Positions 14,630 through 30,799 of a DNA stretch of 64,000 bases are shown in pieces. The stretch lies in assembly GCF_009914755.1 (NCBI RefSeq), contig NC_060930.1. One strand, written 5' to 3'. Every line of letters begins with the position of its first letter. The stretch's first letter is position 1. This DNA is from the human T2T-CHM13v2.0 reference genome, Homo sapiens. Below the pieces are notes generated by a model. It searched no databases, was not told the origin of the DNA, and saw only the letters and a program-made list of their open reading frames with translations. The position numbers and the translations under genes are program-made.

Positions 14630-14985
14630 GTCTTAACCTATTTTAGGTCTTAGACCCCTTTGGCAGTCTGGTGAAGCCAATAAATCTCCTCTCAGGACAG
14701 TTTCTAAATGTGATAAAAGAAAAAAAAGATATAGTGACAGATCTAATAATTAAAATTCAAAGTTAATTTCAAATTAGTGATAGGTAAATATATTTCAAGA
14801 TGTCTGCACTGAATACAGCGTGATAGGTAATATATATGATTTATCTTGGTGACAAAGACATTGGTATTGCTAACACTATTATAGCTGCCATCTGTATTCA
14901 CAAAGGGAGATGTCAAATTCCAGTTAAAAGAAAGATTTTCTTAACCCAAGTTCATAGGACTTCCTGAATGGTACAGATGCTAAGG
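14630..14985. mobile_element. MER119-like DNA transposon relic within degraded MLT1-like sequence
   Basis: GACCCCTTTGGCAGTCTGGTGAAGCC motif; boundaries approximate. Confidence 0.5.
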
Positions 14986-15259
14986 TCTAGTGGCTCCACA
15001 ACTACCAAAGCCTTCTTAGTGTTCTCTGCTGGATCTTATGCATCCAATTGACTGACAAGCAAAGAACCTGCAGAATAATAGGAGACATTTGTTGGGTGGG
15101 GAGAGCAAACCTAGAAGGGGCATATACCCCTTACAATTATAGCTCTATGCGCTAGAATTAGTTATATCATTCCTCCTAGATATGAGGGGACTAGGCACTG
15201 TACTTCAGCTGTGTGTCCAGGAAAAAGGTAAGGTATGGGGAATGTGGAGCAATAATTAT

Positions 15260-16040
15260 TTGAAGCAAGAATCACCAGTGGATGCTAAAATTCGTGAGGG
15301 AAAACAGGACCAGAAACAGGATATTTTTAAAGTCTCCAAGTACCTCCACATAGGATACTTATTAATTGCAAAGGGAAAATAGTAACTTTACAGAGAAGAA
15401 GAAATCTGGCAGACACTACCATATCCAAGTGATCAAAGGTGACATCAGTAGTGGGACACATTAACATCATGTGCTTCTGATATGATACACAAAGGAGAAA
15501 CAACCTCATTCTTGTGATGTTCCTGCCAAAAATCCATAACCTGAAAGAAGCATCACAAAATCCCCAATTGAGGGGCATTCCACAAAATAGCTGGCTAGAA
15601 CTCTTCAAAATTGTCAAGGTCATGAACAGTTCCAGACCAAAGGAGGCTAAAAGAGACAGGATGCCTCAATGCAAGTATAATCCTGAATTGGGTCTTGGGT
15701 CAGAAAATGGGCATTAGTAAGACAATTGGCAAAATTTGAATAAGGTCAATAGATTTGAAAATAATACTGTACCTATGTGAATTTCCTGACTTTGATCAAA
15801 GCACTGGGGTTAAGTTAAAACATAAGATGTTGTTTTTGGAAATACATGCTGATATATGCAACTTACTCTCAAACATCTCAGAAAAAAAAATAGATAAGTT
15901 CATAGATAGATAGATGACAGGATAATAAAGCAAGTGTGATAAAATGTTAGCATTTGGGGAATGTAGGTAAAAGTATATGGGAATATTTTGTACCATTTTC
16001 TCAACCTTTCCTTTAACTCGTAAATTACTTAAAAGAAAAG
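15260..16040 (+). mobile_element. Old L1M (L1MC/ME-like) 3' fragment
   Basis: AAAGGGAAAATAGTAACTTTACAG...CAAGTGATCAAAGGTGACATC...CAATTGAGGGGCATTCCACAAAA. Confidence 0.65.
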
Positions 16041-16985
16041 CAATAACCCTGGCTCTTATAAAACTAAGGAAAATGGTCCATCCTTTCCTGTGCCTTGTGT
16101 TTTCCTGCTGGTCAAAGAACCTTTGGTAATGACAATCTGAGTTGGTCACTGATATTCTAGTAAATTCAGAATATAACTTCCTGGGCTATGTAGAAAAATA
16201 TAGCTCTTCATATTTTAATTCATTTTCCTGACAGCACGTTTCTGTGCTTTTATGTATGGATACTGCCTAGTAATGTGCACACCAGTCCTGCAGATCCTGG
16301 AACATTTTATTATCTTGATATTGACTTACGTATTTAGGTAGATCTGAATAGCAGAATTGTCAGTCGTTTCACCAAGACATTATCGGGAAATCTGGACTTG
16401 GAAGTCTACTTCTGCCAGGCATCTCTCCACGCTGGCTTCTGGGCCACAGAAGAAAAGATCTAATCAAACTCATTTATTAACAAAGGCTTATAATATTGAA
16501 TAGCAGCTTCCAGGAATCTAAGAAAATGTTCACTTTTATTTCTGACTAAGGAGGAACTATTATAGTCTTTTTATACCAGTTAGAAGTGATGACTTGGTAT
16601 TAAACTTATTCTAATTCTCAATAGCCCTGATCTCGACTCTGACCACATGCGCGCACACCCTCCCCCAACCCTGTAAGTGTGATTATGGCAAGGGGAAAGT
16701 TAAAGTGGAGTGAATGGTGAGTCGTGGAATGACAGAGAGCATTTAGCATTTGTAATTGACAGAGTTGGTGATTGACTGAATGGACACTGAGTATCTAGGC
16801 TAAAAGTAATTGAATGTGGATGGTGTAGTGAGATGGAGAACACTAGCAGGAAGATAGACTGGGCTACGCAGGGGCTAGATCATGTGTTCAGTCTGGGATA
16901 TACTAAGTTTGAGGTTTCTGTAAAATGTCCATGTGAAGATGTCCAATTGGGAGTTGGATATTTATTTATGTTTCCATTCCCATCA

Positions 16986-17290
<305 letters not shown>

Positions 17291-20187
17291 TTATATTAGC
17301 CTGAATGGAATAGATGAGTGGAGAGATGGGCATGATAGGTGAGTTAAGAAGGAAATTCTTTGCCTCAGCAACCAACTCAGATGCTTTGTGAATCTAAATT
17401 ATGTGTTGACATTCTAGTAGACCTAGACCTGGGATAATTCACTTCAGCATTATGTAATCTTAATTTTTCATTTATAAATAAGAAAATATTATGCAATACT
17501 TGCCATAGTTTTCTAAAAGCTGAACTCAGAATGTTAATGAAATTAAAATGGGAAAGCTATTTTGCTTAGAAGATATTTTGTTATAAACATTTCTTAAATG
17601 AAGAGGCTCTAGAAATATTTATTTTATAGAATTTAAAATATAGCCATCACTAATAAAGGCAGGCATAATTCCAACGATTTCATAACACATCAGTTATTAA
17701 ATCTAATTAATATATAAATGTAACTAATATGTAATTTAATATAACCCTAATTCAATGTTTAACCAACTGAAGCTGGTTAAACTATGAAGAAGAATCTTCA
17801 AATTGACCATTTCTTTCCAAGCGGTAAAGGTGATACGGGATTTTGTCTATACATATAGAGCAAAGGAGAATTAAGCCAAGATTTAGAATTTTAGGCAAAA
17901 AGTGTTTATAGTATCATTAAGTGGTTACATATGTAATTTTACTGTTATAAATATGACTGAGTCAATTTTTTTTTCAAAGATTTTGTCACAATGGGAGGCA
18001 CAAGGAGTTTAGACAGATGAAGACTCTTTCTAGAAATCTACCTAATCTATCACATTAGACCTGGAGATAATTGGTTTGACAATTTCAGTTGTTTCTCAGC
18101 AAAAAAAATAAGAAACTAAAAGTGTTCAGATGGCAGAGAAAAAAGTTTGAAGAGGAGAGAAAGAAGAACAAAAAGAAAAAGGAAACAGTAGACATATAAA
18201 GAAAGCACCTAAACCAGTGAGATGCCCCAGCTATGCACCAGCAGCATGGTGGATTACAGTAGAGTTTTTCTACAGAACTATTGTAAATCACTGGAAAATA
18301 GTGTCCAACTTATTTGCTTAAAATTTTCAGTTAATGTGCTCCAGCAGCATTCTGTAGACAACGACTCTCACTCTCCCCTTATTATGGAGGCAGAGCTGTT
18401 TCTCTTTGTCCCGTTCTCTAGCCTGTGATATACTTTTTATTGCTCAAGAGCTATAGAATTGTATCCATGCCTATTGTTGTCCTCCTGATGGGAATTCATG
18501 TAATTGAAAGCGTTTATCCTCTCTTAGTAGAAAAATTGGGCACTTGGAGGCAATGAAAATCCCCCACCTTTGTCCACGGCACTGGAAATACTCTTCAGTC
18601 TGCTTTGTTCTAAAGTTTCTACTTTTCCCAGTATAACCTGTTGAAAATTTAGTCCTTCATGAGAAATACGGCTGGAATTTCTTGTGGCAGGCTGGCCGCC
18701 GGTGTTCATGTAGTTACACCTATTGTTGCTATTTCACCACTGATCAAAAAATAAAATTGTATTTTTTCAAAAGAAACATGGAATGACATGAAGAAAGTCC
18801 TTAATATATCATGGAGTGAAAAACAGCAAGTTGCCATGCAAATGTCAAATAGATCCTATATTTTTAAATAAGCAACTGCATATGTATCATTTAAATATAT
18901 ATGTTTAGATATTTGCTAAATTATGAACCGCAGTTACCCCTGGGGAGTGAGGTTAGGAAAAGTAAAGTGAGATTTTCACTTTTTACATTATACTTTTTAC
19001 TTTACCCACTTCTGTATTGTTTGAATCTTTAAAATGAACAAGTGTTATTTTGTAATTAAAAAAAACAACAACTGACAAATAACTATGGGGAGTAAGAAAT
19101 TACTTGGAATGGAATATGTTTAAATAATTAATTTGTTGATACACTGCTTGACTATTATTTTCTTTTGCTAAATCAAAACTCCCCTGCTTTTCTCAGGAGG
19201 TTGTTTTGAAAAGAAGGGTAAATGTTTCTAATGAAATGAACAGCTCAACCTTCCCACCTCCTGCCTAAATGCCTCATTTTGGTTTTGTTACTAACAAATG
19301 CAACACGCAAGGCTTTATGGTAAAGCAAGCAATGTGGGTTTCTAACAGGGCAGTACACACCCGTAGTTGCTGGGAAACCACTTTAGTAATGGTGGATTTA
19401 TTGAATTGGAACAGGAATGGAGATTTGGAACAACAGGAAGTGAGGTACCTGTAGGGGTCTCAGTTGTCCTGGGCACTGTGACATGGCACCCAAATGTCAT
19501 GCAAGAGTGGCCCTTCCAACATATGCACCAATCTGAATCTCTCCAAAGTTTCTTGATTACACCATAAAACAATGAAGAGAACAGCATTGCCAATAACTTC
19601 AGTAATAACTTTTGCATCATATTACAAAGGGTGGTGGGTGGCACTTTGTGTGGTCATGGGTATGTCCAAAAGAAGGGAGTGGTGGCTAGACTCAGTTCTC
19701 CTTTAGATTTTAAGGCAAAATTTAGCAAACTCTATGGCAGATTCTTCAACTATTTGTCAGACAGACATTGTCTACTTTTCTGGGGATTTATGATTGAGGC
19801 CCCTTTTGAGGGGAGCTTTGAGTGCAGTGAGGCCAGATAGAAGGGCCAAGAAGGATGGGAGCAGCTGCATGCTAGTGAGCAATTCAAAGTTGGATTGTGC
19901 TGACTGGAAAATCCCGGTTAGCAAATCAACTATCACAGACTTCATATTCTTTTCAGATGTGCAGCCTTTATAACATATTTGTAAATGCTAAAGGACTGCT
20001 CCACAGGGAGGTTACAAAGAGAAAAGCTCTGGGTGGTTGTAAAATGGACAAATTGTAAAGCCTTACTAGTAGTCTTACCATTCCTCTCAGCTCATAAAAA
20101 AGTCCTCCTCTTCATTTGACTATGCCTCAAATCTACTGCTTCTTGGATTATTAAACACTCTTTTCCTCCAGGATCTTAAAATCTCTC

Positions 20188-20659
20188 TGTTATAAGTTGA
20201 ATTGTGTCCCCCTCAAAAATGATATGTTGAGGTCTTAAACCCCAGTATCCTAGAATGTGGCCTTATTTGGAGGTGGGGTCTTTACAGGGTTAATGGAATT
20301 AAAACAAGGCCACTAGGGTTGGCCAGTCCTTTTTATAAGGAATCCAGTATGACTGGTGTCCTTATTAAAAGGGAAAATTTGGACAGAGACACACACATAG
20401 GGAGAAAGACGTGATGATGAAGGCAGAGTGGGGGGTGATGCTTCTATAAGCCAACGAACCCCAAAGATTGCCAGCAAACCCCCAGAAGCTACAGAGAAGC
20501 ATGCAACAGATTTTCTATCACAGCCCTCAAACAGAACCAACCCTGCCAATGCTTTGATTTTGGACTTTTAGCCCCTGGAACTGTGAGACAATACATTTTT
20601 GATGTTTAAGCCACCCACTTTGCGGTGCTTTGTTCCAGCAACCTTGGGAAATGATTACA
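20188..20659 (+). mobile_element. MLT1C-like MaLR solo LTR
   Basis: TGTTATAAGTTGAATTGTGTCCCCC...GAACTGTGAGACAATACATTT...GATTACA; near-TSD CTCTC/CTTTC. Confidence 0.85.
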
Positions 20660-22433
20660 CTTTCTCATCTGTGATCACAGTGAGGCCTTGTCACAATCTT
20701 CACTCATTCCTTCTATAGAAAGCTGAAAGCCTATGGACAAGGATAATTGCCTTGGCTGACGCATATGTTTGAAGGCAGCTGCTGGCAGGCAACCGGAGAC
20801 TTTACCCTGGTCCTAGTGGAGAGGAAGTCTATAGGAGGAGGCAGGGAGCCTTCCTGGCTGGCAACCCAGTGACTCAGGTTGTTTTCTTACTCCAAGGATC
20901 TCTGTGCAAGTAGGAATCCTGACATCTTCTCTTTTTCACTTGTTTATGAGACCCTGCTTGTTGTAGAGTAAAGAGCAGAACTTAAGAATGGAATCTAATC
21001 ACCTTGAAAGAATAATCTCTCATCTCCTCTGGTGGCAAAGGATTGGGATGTGGAGGTTATAGTTGGAAAATTGATTCCTAGGTCAATGTCTGTGGGTGAA
21101 TTTCTCTTTGAATTGTTATCAGCAATGTTATGGTGTTCGGTGGCTTTCAACGAAATAAACACACCTGACATCCTTAGTAAAGAGAAAGCTTTCTGAAATA
21201 AGAGTGAGGGACAGACTGGGACATGATGCTTTGCATGAAATAGGTGTTCAGTAAGTATTTGTAGAGTTGGAAGAAGTTAGATTAAACAGGGCTATTGTAT
21301 GGCACATTGTCATTAGGGAGTTAGAGAGGGCTTCTGGAAAGGTTTGGTCAGTTTTGACTTACCTTGCAATAAATTTGGACTATAATAACCATTTCACTAG
21401 TTTGTAAAAGGTACTGGCAACCAAAGATGGGGAATGCCACTCAATCTCACTTGTTCTACTTTCAAAAGCTTGCTTTGGTCACATTGAAAGGTTCCATTTG
21501 GTGAAGTATAGCATATCACAGAAAACAATGGAGTTTGGGAGTTCGGGAACAAATGGTTGTTTTGTGATAATGAATAACTTTGACATTTCGTTTGAAGTTA
21601 AGTTATGTTGTTTGAACTTTTCTGTCCCTGAACAAGGCATCGTATGCCAAGAACAGGTAACAGTTTCTGGATCACTGGGGACTCATTAGTCATGGATGGT
21701 TAGTGGTACTACATTGTGGTCTTCCTTCAATATTGAAAGCTGTAAGAAGCTTGTGACAAATTCTTACCTTGGCCCTCACACAGTACTGGTAGGGCTGGGA
21801 TGTTATTGCTTTTGTCCACCAACTTCCAACTGTAGAAGTCTAGGATGATCACAGCAGTTAGAGATGATCCATTTAGATAGTCTATATTAAGGGAAAGTAT
21901 CCTTCATCCATGGTGTTGAACATTCGTAGGATTAAAATGAAAGAAGCCAAAACCTTTCTAGATCTTTATTGGTATATCAACAGAATTAGCTGATTAGGTA
22001 TGCAGAAAAAACTTGGGACTTGAAGACACCATTAAATAAATAACTGTACATAACCATACATTAAATAACTGTAACACCATTATATAAATAACTAACTATA
22101 AATAAAGAGCTCTACATTCAAACTGCTTTTCACTGCATTTGTCAGATTTCACTTTTAATATAATTTTAGTTGACTTATCCCTCATCTTACCTTAAGAAGA
22201 TAATGAGTTGAGGTGGATCTTGAGCCAGTGTTTAGTCCAATATAGCCCTTTGACTTGGGGAAAGATCAAACTTCGAAATTTATATGCATGACTCCTCTCT
22301 GGGCAAGGACTGAAGTGGCAGGAGAGGTGAAAGAAGGAATCAGGACAAAAAGTAGATGCTAAAAGGAAAACAGTCTGTCCCGTGGAGAGGAAGTACCCAA
22401 AGAAACAGAAGAACTCCATGATGGAGAGTAATA

Positions 22434-22661
22434 CAAGTTGAATATCCCTTATCCAAAATGCTTGCGACCAGATTGTTTTGGCTTTGGGATTATTTCAGAT
22501 TTTGGAATATTTTCATACCCGCTCAGTATCCCTAATCTGAAAATCCAAAATCTGAAATGCTTCAGTGAGCATTTCCTTTCAGTGTCATCTTGGCCCTCAA
22601 AAAGTTTTGGATTTTGGAGCATTTTGAATTTTGGATTTTTGGATTAGGGATACTCAACCTG
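22434..22661. mobile_element. Tigger4a/MER46-like MITE
   Basis: TIRs CAAGTTGAATATCCCT / AGGGATACTCAACCTG flanked by TA. Confidence 0.85.
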
Positions 22662-22684
22662 TACTAGCGTGTTAAAACAGTCCT

Positions 22685-23009
<325 letters not shown>

Positions 23010-23758
23010 CTACAGCCTAGAGCAGTGGGCAAAGAGAAGCAGAATCTACAGAAGATATTGTTCAAGGCCTGCTATGCTAGGTCTCAGATAGCACCAGAAC
23101 TGGGCAGGGCAAGAAACGTCAGGCCCAGGGGTCTGGTTTAACCAGAAGAGGTGCTGAATTTTAGGATCTGAATAGCAAGGGTTGTGGTCAGGAAGTCAGT
23201 TTCATGTAAGAATGAAGGTGAGCGGATCTTAAATCCCTGAAAGGAGGCAGAGAGAAGAATATAGGAAATGGGTGGATAATTTTTGTTGCGAGTAAAAATG
23301 TTCAGGACTTTGGAGGCAGGAAGAGCAGGTAAAGCAAGTTCGAGGAAAGAGGCTGGGTCAGAGGGGATCTGAAAGCAGGAGTCAGAAACATCCATTGGAG
23401 GCCTGGAGAACATAAATGGGAGGTGAATAGACTGGGGACATAGTGCCTGGGTGGAAAGAAGCTGGCTCGAGTCCGAAACCACAGGCTGAAATATTAGGAA
23501 AAAGAGACCCAGGAATTCAGTTCAGAATAGGAGGGATTTGTGGGGCAAGACCAGTGGTTCTTCCAGACATTTTATCAGAGATAACAAAGCAGAGGCTGTC
23601 TGTTCTCTGCCCTTGGTGTGAGAAGAAAAGGACTGACAGGAGTGCTTGGCAGCTCAAGCCAGTTATGGAGCTGTGGGTGCTAGTGGCTATTAACTACCAG
23701 GGAATTAGCTCTGCTGAATGAGTCCTCACGCAGAGGCAGGGATAGAACGTTGCATTCA

Positions 23759-24130
<372 letters not shown>

Positions 24131-24321
24131 TTATAGGGAGATATACGTGAGTTTGACGGGATGGGCTAGCAGGCGGACATTCAGGTTTTATGGGATAGGC
24201 AAAAAGGTACAAATGGTATTTGGGGGGATGTGAATGGCATCTGAGAAAGGTTGATCCAGGCTTGTGTGGAAGCTGGCTCTGAGCATAAAATGCCAGAGAA
24301 AGGCTTGTACAACTCTGAGGT

Positions 24322-24637
<316 letters not shown>

Positions 24638-24883
24638 TATTTTCTATTTTTTAACCAGTCCCAAGTAAGGGTATTGGTTAGGGTTGAGGCAATGGAAATC
24701 TGAAAGAAAGGGTGAGTTAGGTATTTCACTGGACACATGTGGAGAATGTTGGTGATTTAATGCAGAGGGAATTGTGGTTAAAAAGGTTAATGTAAGAAGG
24801 GTCATGTGGGGACTGGAAATCACAATAGAGAAACAGAGGCCAGAATGCTGAACTCATAGGAAGTGGGTGACCATGGGTGATTA

Positions 24884-25212
<329 letters not shown>

Positions 25213-25592
25213 ATTAAAATGTACAATAGAGTGTGTAAAACCAGGAAATCTACATCTTGACACTTAACTACCCAAGACGCAATTGGTTCCTCGTCTGATT
25301 TTTAAAAGAAGTTTCCACTTTCTTCGGAAAATCACGACAGTCCTTGTTCTCAATTTCTTTGTTTTTAAGAAGAGAAATGTTGTATGATTTCACTTATATA
25401 AACTACCTAGAATAGGCAAATTCACAGGGATAGAAAGGTGGAATGGAGGTGACCAAAGGTGGAAAGGAAGGAGGATTGTTCAATGGGTACAACATTTCTG
25501 TTTGGGATGATGAAGAATTTCTGGAGATGGACAATGGTGATGGCTGCACAACACTGGGAATGTGCTTAATGCCATTACTTAAAAATGGCTAA

Positions 25593-25923
<331 letters not shown>

Positions 25924-26161
25924 ATATTTACAACTTTTAAATCATAGGAAAGAAACCACTAATGCTTTGACAACTGTGAGATTTTGAATCTCAACTGTGA
26001 GATTATGGTTTGTGGAAATTTCTTTATGTGATTAAAAAAGATACTTTTTTTGCCAAAAAATTTGTTTTCGCTGTCATGCAAGTTCTCCTGGGTAAGCACC
26101 TTTGGTCTTGTTTTGTGCATAGCATACAGAGCAGCAATTGTATATTGCTAAAGAAAGCCTG

Positions 26162-27603
26162 TTTTTTTTTTCTTGTTAATTTATTTAAGTTCCTTGTAGA
26201 TTCTGGATATTACCCTTTGTCAGATGGATGGATTACAAAATTTTTCTCCCATTCTGTAGGTTGCCTGTTCACTCTGATGATAGTTTCTTTTGCTGTGCAG
26301 AAGCTCTTTAGTTTAATTAGATCCCATTTGTCAATTTTGGCTTTTGTTGCCATTGCTTTTGTGTTTTAGTCATGAAGTCTTTGCCTATGCTTATGTCCTG
26401 AATGGTATTGCCTAGGTTTTCTTCTAGGGTTTTTATGGTTTTAGGTCTTATGTTTAAATCTTTAATCTGTCTTGAGTTAATTTTTGTATAAGGTATAAGG
26501 AAGGGGTCCAGTTTCAGTTTTCTGCATATGGCTAGCCAGTTTTCCCAATACCATTTATTAAACGGGGAATCCTTTCCCCATAAGGATATGAACAGACACT
26601 TTTCAAAAGAAGACATTTATGCAGCCAACAAACATATGAAAAAAACCTCATTATCACTGGTCATTAGAGAAATGAAAATCAAAACCACAATGAGATACTA
26701 TCTCACACTAGTCAGAATGGTTGTTATTAAAAAGTAAAAATATAACAGGTACTGGTGAAGTTGCAGAGAAATAGGAACACATATACTGTTGGTGGGAGTG
26801 TAAATTATTTCAACCATTGTGGAAGACAGTGTGGCGATTCCTCAAGGATCTAGAACTAGAAATGCTATTTGACCCAGCAATCCCATTACTGGGTATATAC
26901 CCAAAGGATTATAAATCATTCTACTATAAAGACACATGCACACGTATGTTTATTGCAGCACTATTCACAATAGCAAAGACTTGGAACCAACCCAAATGTC
27001 CATCAATGTTTGACCGAATAAAGAAAATGTGGCGCGTGAACCCGGGAGGCGGAGCTTGCAGTGAGCCGAGATCCCGCCACTGCACTCCACCCTGGGCGAC
27101 AGAGCGAGACTCCGTCTCAAAAAAAAAAAAAAAAAAAAAGGAAATGTGGCACATATACACCATGGAATACTATGCAGCCATAAAAAAGAATGAGTTTATG
27201 TCCTTTGCAGGGACATGGATGAAGCTGGAAACCATCATTCTCAGCAAACTAACACAGAAACAGAAAACCAAACACTGCATGTTCTCACTCACAAGTGGGT
27301 GAGTTCCATAATGAGTGGGTGAGTTCCACAAGTTCCACAAGTTTCACAAGTGGGTGAGTTCCACAAGTTCTATAATGAGAACATATTTGCACAGGGAGGG
27401 GAACATCACACACCAGGGCCTGTCGGGGGGTTGGGGGTCAAGGGGAAGAATAGCATTAGGAGAAATATCTAATGTAGATGACGAGTTGATGGGTGCAGCA
27501 AACCACCATGACACATGTATACCTATGTAACGAACCTGCACATTCTGCACATGTATCCCAGAACTTAAGGTATAATAAAAAAGAAAAAGAAAAAGAAAAA
27601 AAA
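26162..27603 (+). mobile_element. 5'-inverted (twin-primed) L1PA7/8-like element
   Basis: 26162-26580 is antisense L1 ORF2; sense ORF2 C-terminus and 3'UTR run from about 26582 to an A-rich tail. Confidence 0.9.
27034..27139 (+). mobile_element. 5'-truncated AluY inserted in L1
   Basis: GCGTGAACCCGGGAGGCGGAGCTTGCAG...poly-A; TSD AAGAAAATGTGGC / AAGGAAATGTGGC. Confidence 0.92.
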
Positions 27604-28387
27604 CCCTGCCTTTTGCTTTGGCAGTCATCATTCCTTCCATCTTCTCATGTTTTCTTATTTAACTCAGTAGTTCTCAATTGACAGCACAAAAGAATTACTC
27701 AGGAGAGTTCAAAAAACACCTATGGCTGACTCCCCCAAGATTCTGATTTCCTTGGTGTGGGGTAGCCTGGGCATGAATATTATTTAAAAACTCCTCTCAT
27801 GATTCTAAGGTGGTAGCCAGGATTGAAAAATGCTGGACTTTCAAGTTTTTGTTTTCTTTCTTTTCTTCCAAAAAGGTGAAGCCCTGACTTGGGAAGAATT
27901 CAAATGCGAGTTAGGCTTATGTTTGATGTCACTGATTCCTAAAGATCAGTCCATTGATTCTCCTCATTCTCAGGAGAGCATTTGGTGTCAAAATCACAGC
28001 CCAAAACTCTTACCCTAGTTCAGCATCTAACTCTCTTCAGTCCTGAAACTGTTTTTGTCACTCTGTCCATATAATCACAGTGTTGTAGAAATTTCCAGCT
28101 AAACATTGTCTCAAACTTTTTGTACCTAGTTTTAAATCAAAATGTAGTACAAAATTATTAAATACAACGGGCTTTAAAATATTGAGATTTTGGTGATCTT
28201 TTTTGTAGAATGCAAATACTAATGAAACTAATTTTTTCTTTTGCTTTCAAACTATACATTTCTTCTAAAACTTCTTTCAAAGTAGAATTTCATAAGTGGA
28301 AGAACCCTTGAAGATTATTTTAATAGAATTCCTTAATTTTAGAGATGAGGAAACTGAGACTCAAATATATTAATTAATTTATCTAAG

Positions 28388-28731
28388 TGTCTTAGTCCAT
28401 TTTGTGCTGCTATAAGAGAGCATACTTGAGACTGGGTAATTTATATTGAACAGAAATTTATTGGCTCACGATTCTGGAGGTTGGAAAGTCTGATATCAAG
28501 GTGCTGGCATCTGGCAAGGGCCTTCTGGATGTGTCTACATGGTGGAAGGCGGAAGGGCCAAGAGGTAAAATGTGGCTGAATTTGTGCTTCTATTATGGCA
28601 TGAATCCCATCCATGAAGGTGGAGGCCTCATGGCCTAATCATTTCTCACAGGCACCACCTTTTAATACTGTTACAATGGCAATTACATTTCAACATGAGC
28701 TTTGGAGGAGACAAAAATTCAAACCATAGCA
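28388..28731 (-). mobile_element. MST-family MaLR LTR inserted into a MIR
   Basis: TGTCTTAGTCCATTTTGTGCTGCTATAA...ATTCAAACCATAGCA; MIR pieces on both flanks. Confidence 0.8.
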
Positions 28732-30799
28732 CTGAAGTTATACAACTAGTTAAGAAGAGAGAACCTGAGACTGAAACCCTGATGTTTTGACTCCCAATCC
28801 AGAATGTTTGATCCCCTACATCCCACCGCTTCGCTGTTTCCATTCCTTTCTCCTGTTTTCATCTATTTTCACTAAGAGGGCAAGATATTTGCTAACTGCT
28901 ACACACCCAAATTGTATACCAGGCAGGTCAGAATGACTCTAACATTTTATTTAATGAGGCAGAATAAAATATCTTCCTACTAAACAGTGACAAGTGTTTG
29001 TTTTAAAAAAAAGTATTGTGCACAAAAAAAAAAACTACTTTCAGCATAGGCTATATTTTACAAAATAAATTTACAGTGGGAACCACAGAGCTATTTAGAG
29101 TGTCTGGTATAAATGATTTTATTGTTACTCTGCTTTTTTGAAAAAGAAGTGTGTGAAGCAGAGGTAAGTAGTACTGAGGAAATAATAACTAAAATACTAA
29201 GGACGAGATGCACATGGGAAAAGTTCTTCATTAACTGTAACGTGGTGGAGAAATGTATGTTCTAGACAGGTCAATCATGGAATTAGAAAAAGTTGGGATC
29301 TTGGATTGTTGAGTTCAAATCCTTAGTTTTAAAACTGAAGACTTCAAATTTTGATTGACTACAGATCAATCAACAACCTGTTGGAGTTGGAAACTTGAAT
29401 CTGATTCTCCATCCTTGTTTGGGATATGAAAAAAAGGAAGACATTTAAGAGTATTTTTTTATTTATGAAACTAATGTATCATCATGTAAAAATATGAAAT
29501 AGAAAGTGTTAAAAATTATAAAGAAACAAGAATGTGTTTTTATAATCTCATTTTCTTACTTTACGTAAGATGGTAAGTCTATTTTGGAATTAATTGTTTT
29601 TAAGAATAGTATTATAATTCAATGTTAGATAAAGATTTATTTAACCCTTTCCCCTTTAACAAGTGTTTGGGTTTTTTAAGTTTGCTTCCAAGTTTTCGGT
29701 AAATGATGCTTCAATGGATATCTCTGTTTGTTATCTTAGTATGTATCTTAGATTAATTCCTCAAGATAAATATTTAAAGGTATGGTATATGTAATATTCT
29801 TGATACATACTTCCATATTTCCCTCCAGAAATGTGTGCACCTATTTAAATGTGTGTGGAGGTGCACATTTTAACACTCCTCATTATTCTGGCTGCCTTCT
29901 ATAAATCAAGCTACCCTGGTATTATGGCTCTCCTCCAGAAATCTAATCATTTAAACACATGAAGTGAATGTGTGAATGGACAATTAAGTGCTGGCCAAAT
30001 GTGGAAAAATGTTAAGTGTAAATCAAAGGCAACTGAAACGTTAAATACACCTTCCATTCCTCCGCCACATCCATGCTCTTTCCCATACTCCACATCTGCT
30101 CACTAAAATTGGAAATAAACTGTAATGAACCAGAAATGTCTGACTTACTGGTGTGTTTAGGTGAGTTTTATTGAAACACTGACTGACCCCACCACTCTAA
30201 TACCATCACCTTAATGTTTGTATCTTAGATTAATTCCTCAAGATAAATATTTAAACGTATGGTATATGTAATATTATTGATACATACTTCCATAGTTCCA
30301 GCAACCACTTGTCATCCTGTGTCCCCCAAGGACACTGCAATGACTGTCACAGTGACTTGTGCTCGGTTGAGGAGCAAGTGGTGGCTGAAATCCAGCCCCA
30401 GTCAGCTCCCCAAACCAAACCACTTTTACACAGTGTCTATGTGTAAAGTTGGTTTGCTTTGGGGAGATTGATCCCCATAAGGGATCAGCACCAGCCCTGT
30501 GTCTATCTCTTCTTCTCCTGGGGAGATGTTGGCTATTTTGCTAGCTGGAGAAGGGCACGCAATTTGTTGTCAGGAGACAGGTTCTTAAGTTCCATTGGTA
30601 CATGCAGGGCAAGACAGGCAGAGGGAATCTGTCACTGCTACAGGCACTTCATAAGCCCAGGTATAGACGATAATTGAAATGGATTGATTTCATAGTAGTC
30701 TAATACAGAGTGGTGCTACAATCTCTGTATGTGCCTATTTAGAAAATAACTTCATATTTAATTCTTCACTTTACATAAAAGATATGTGTATTAAATACA

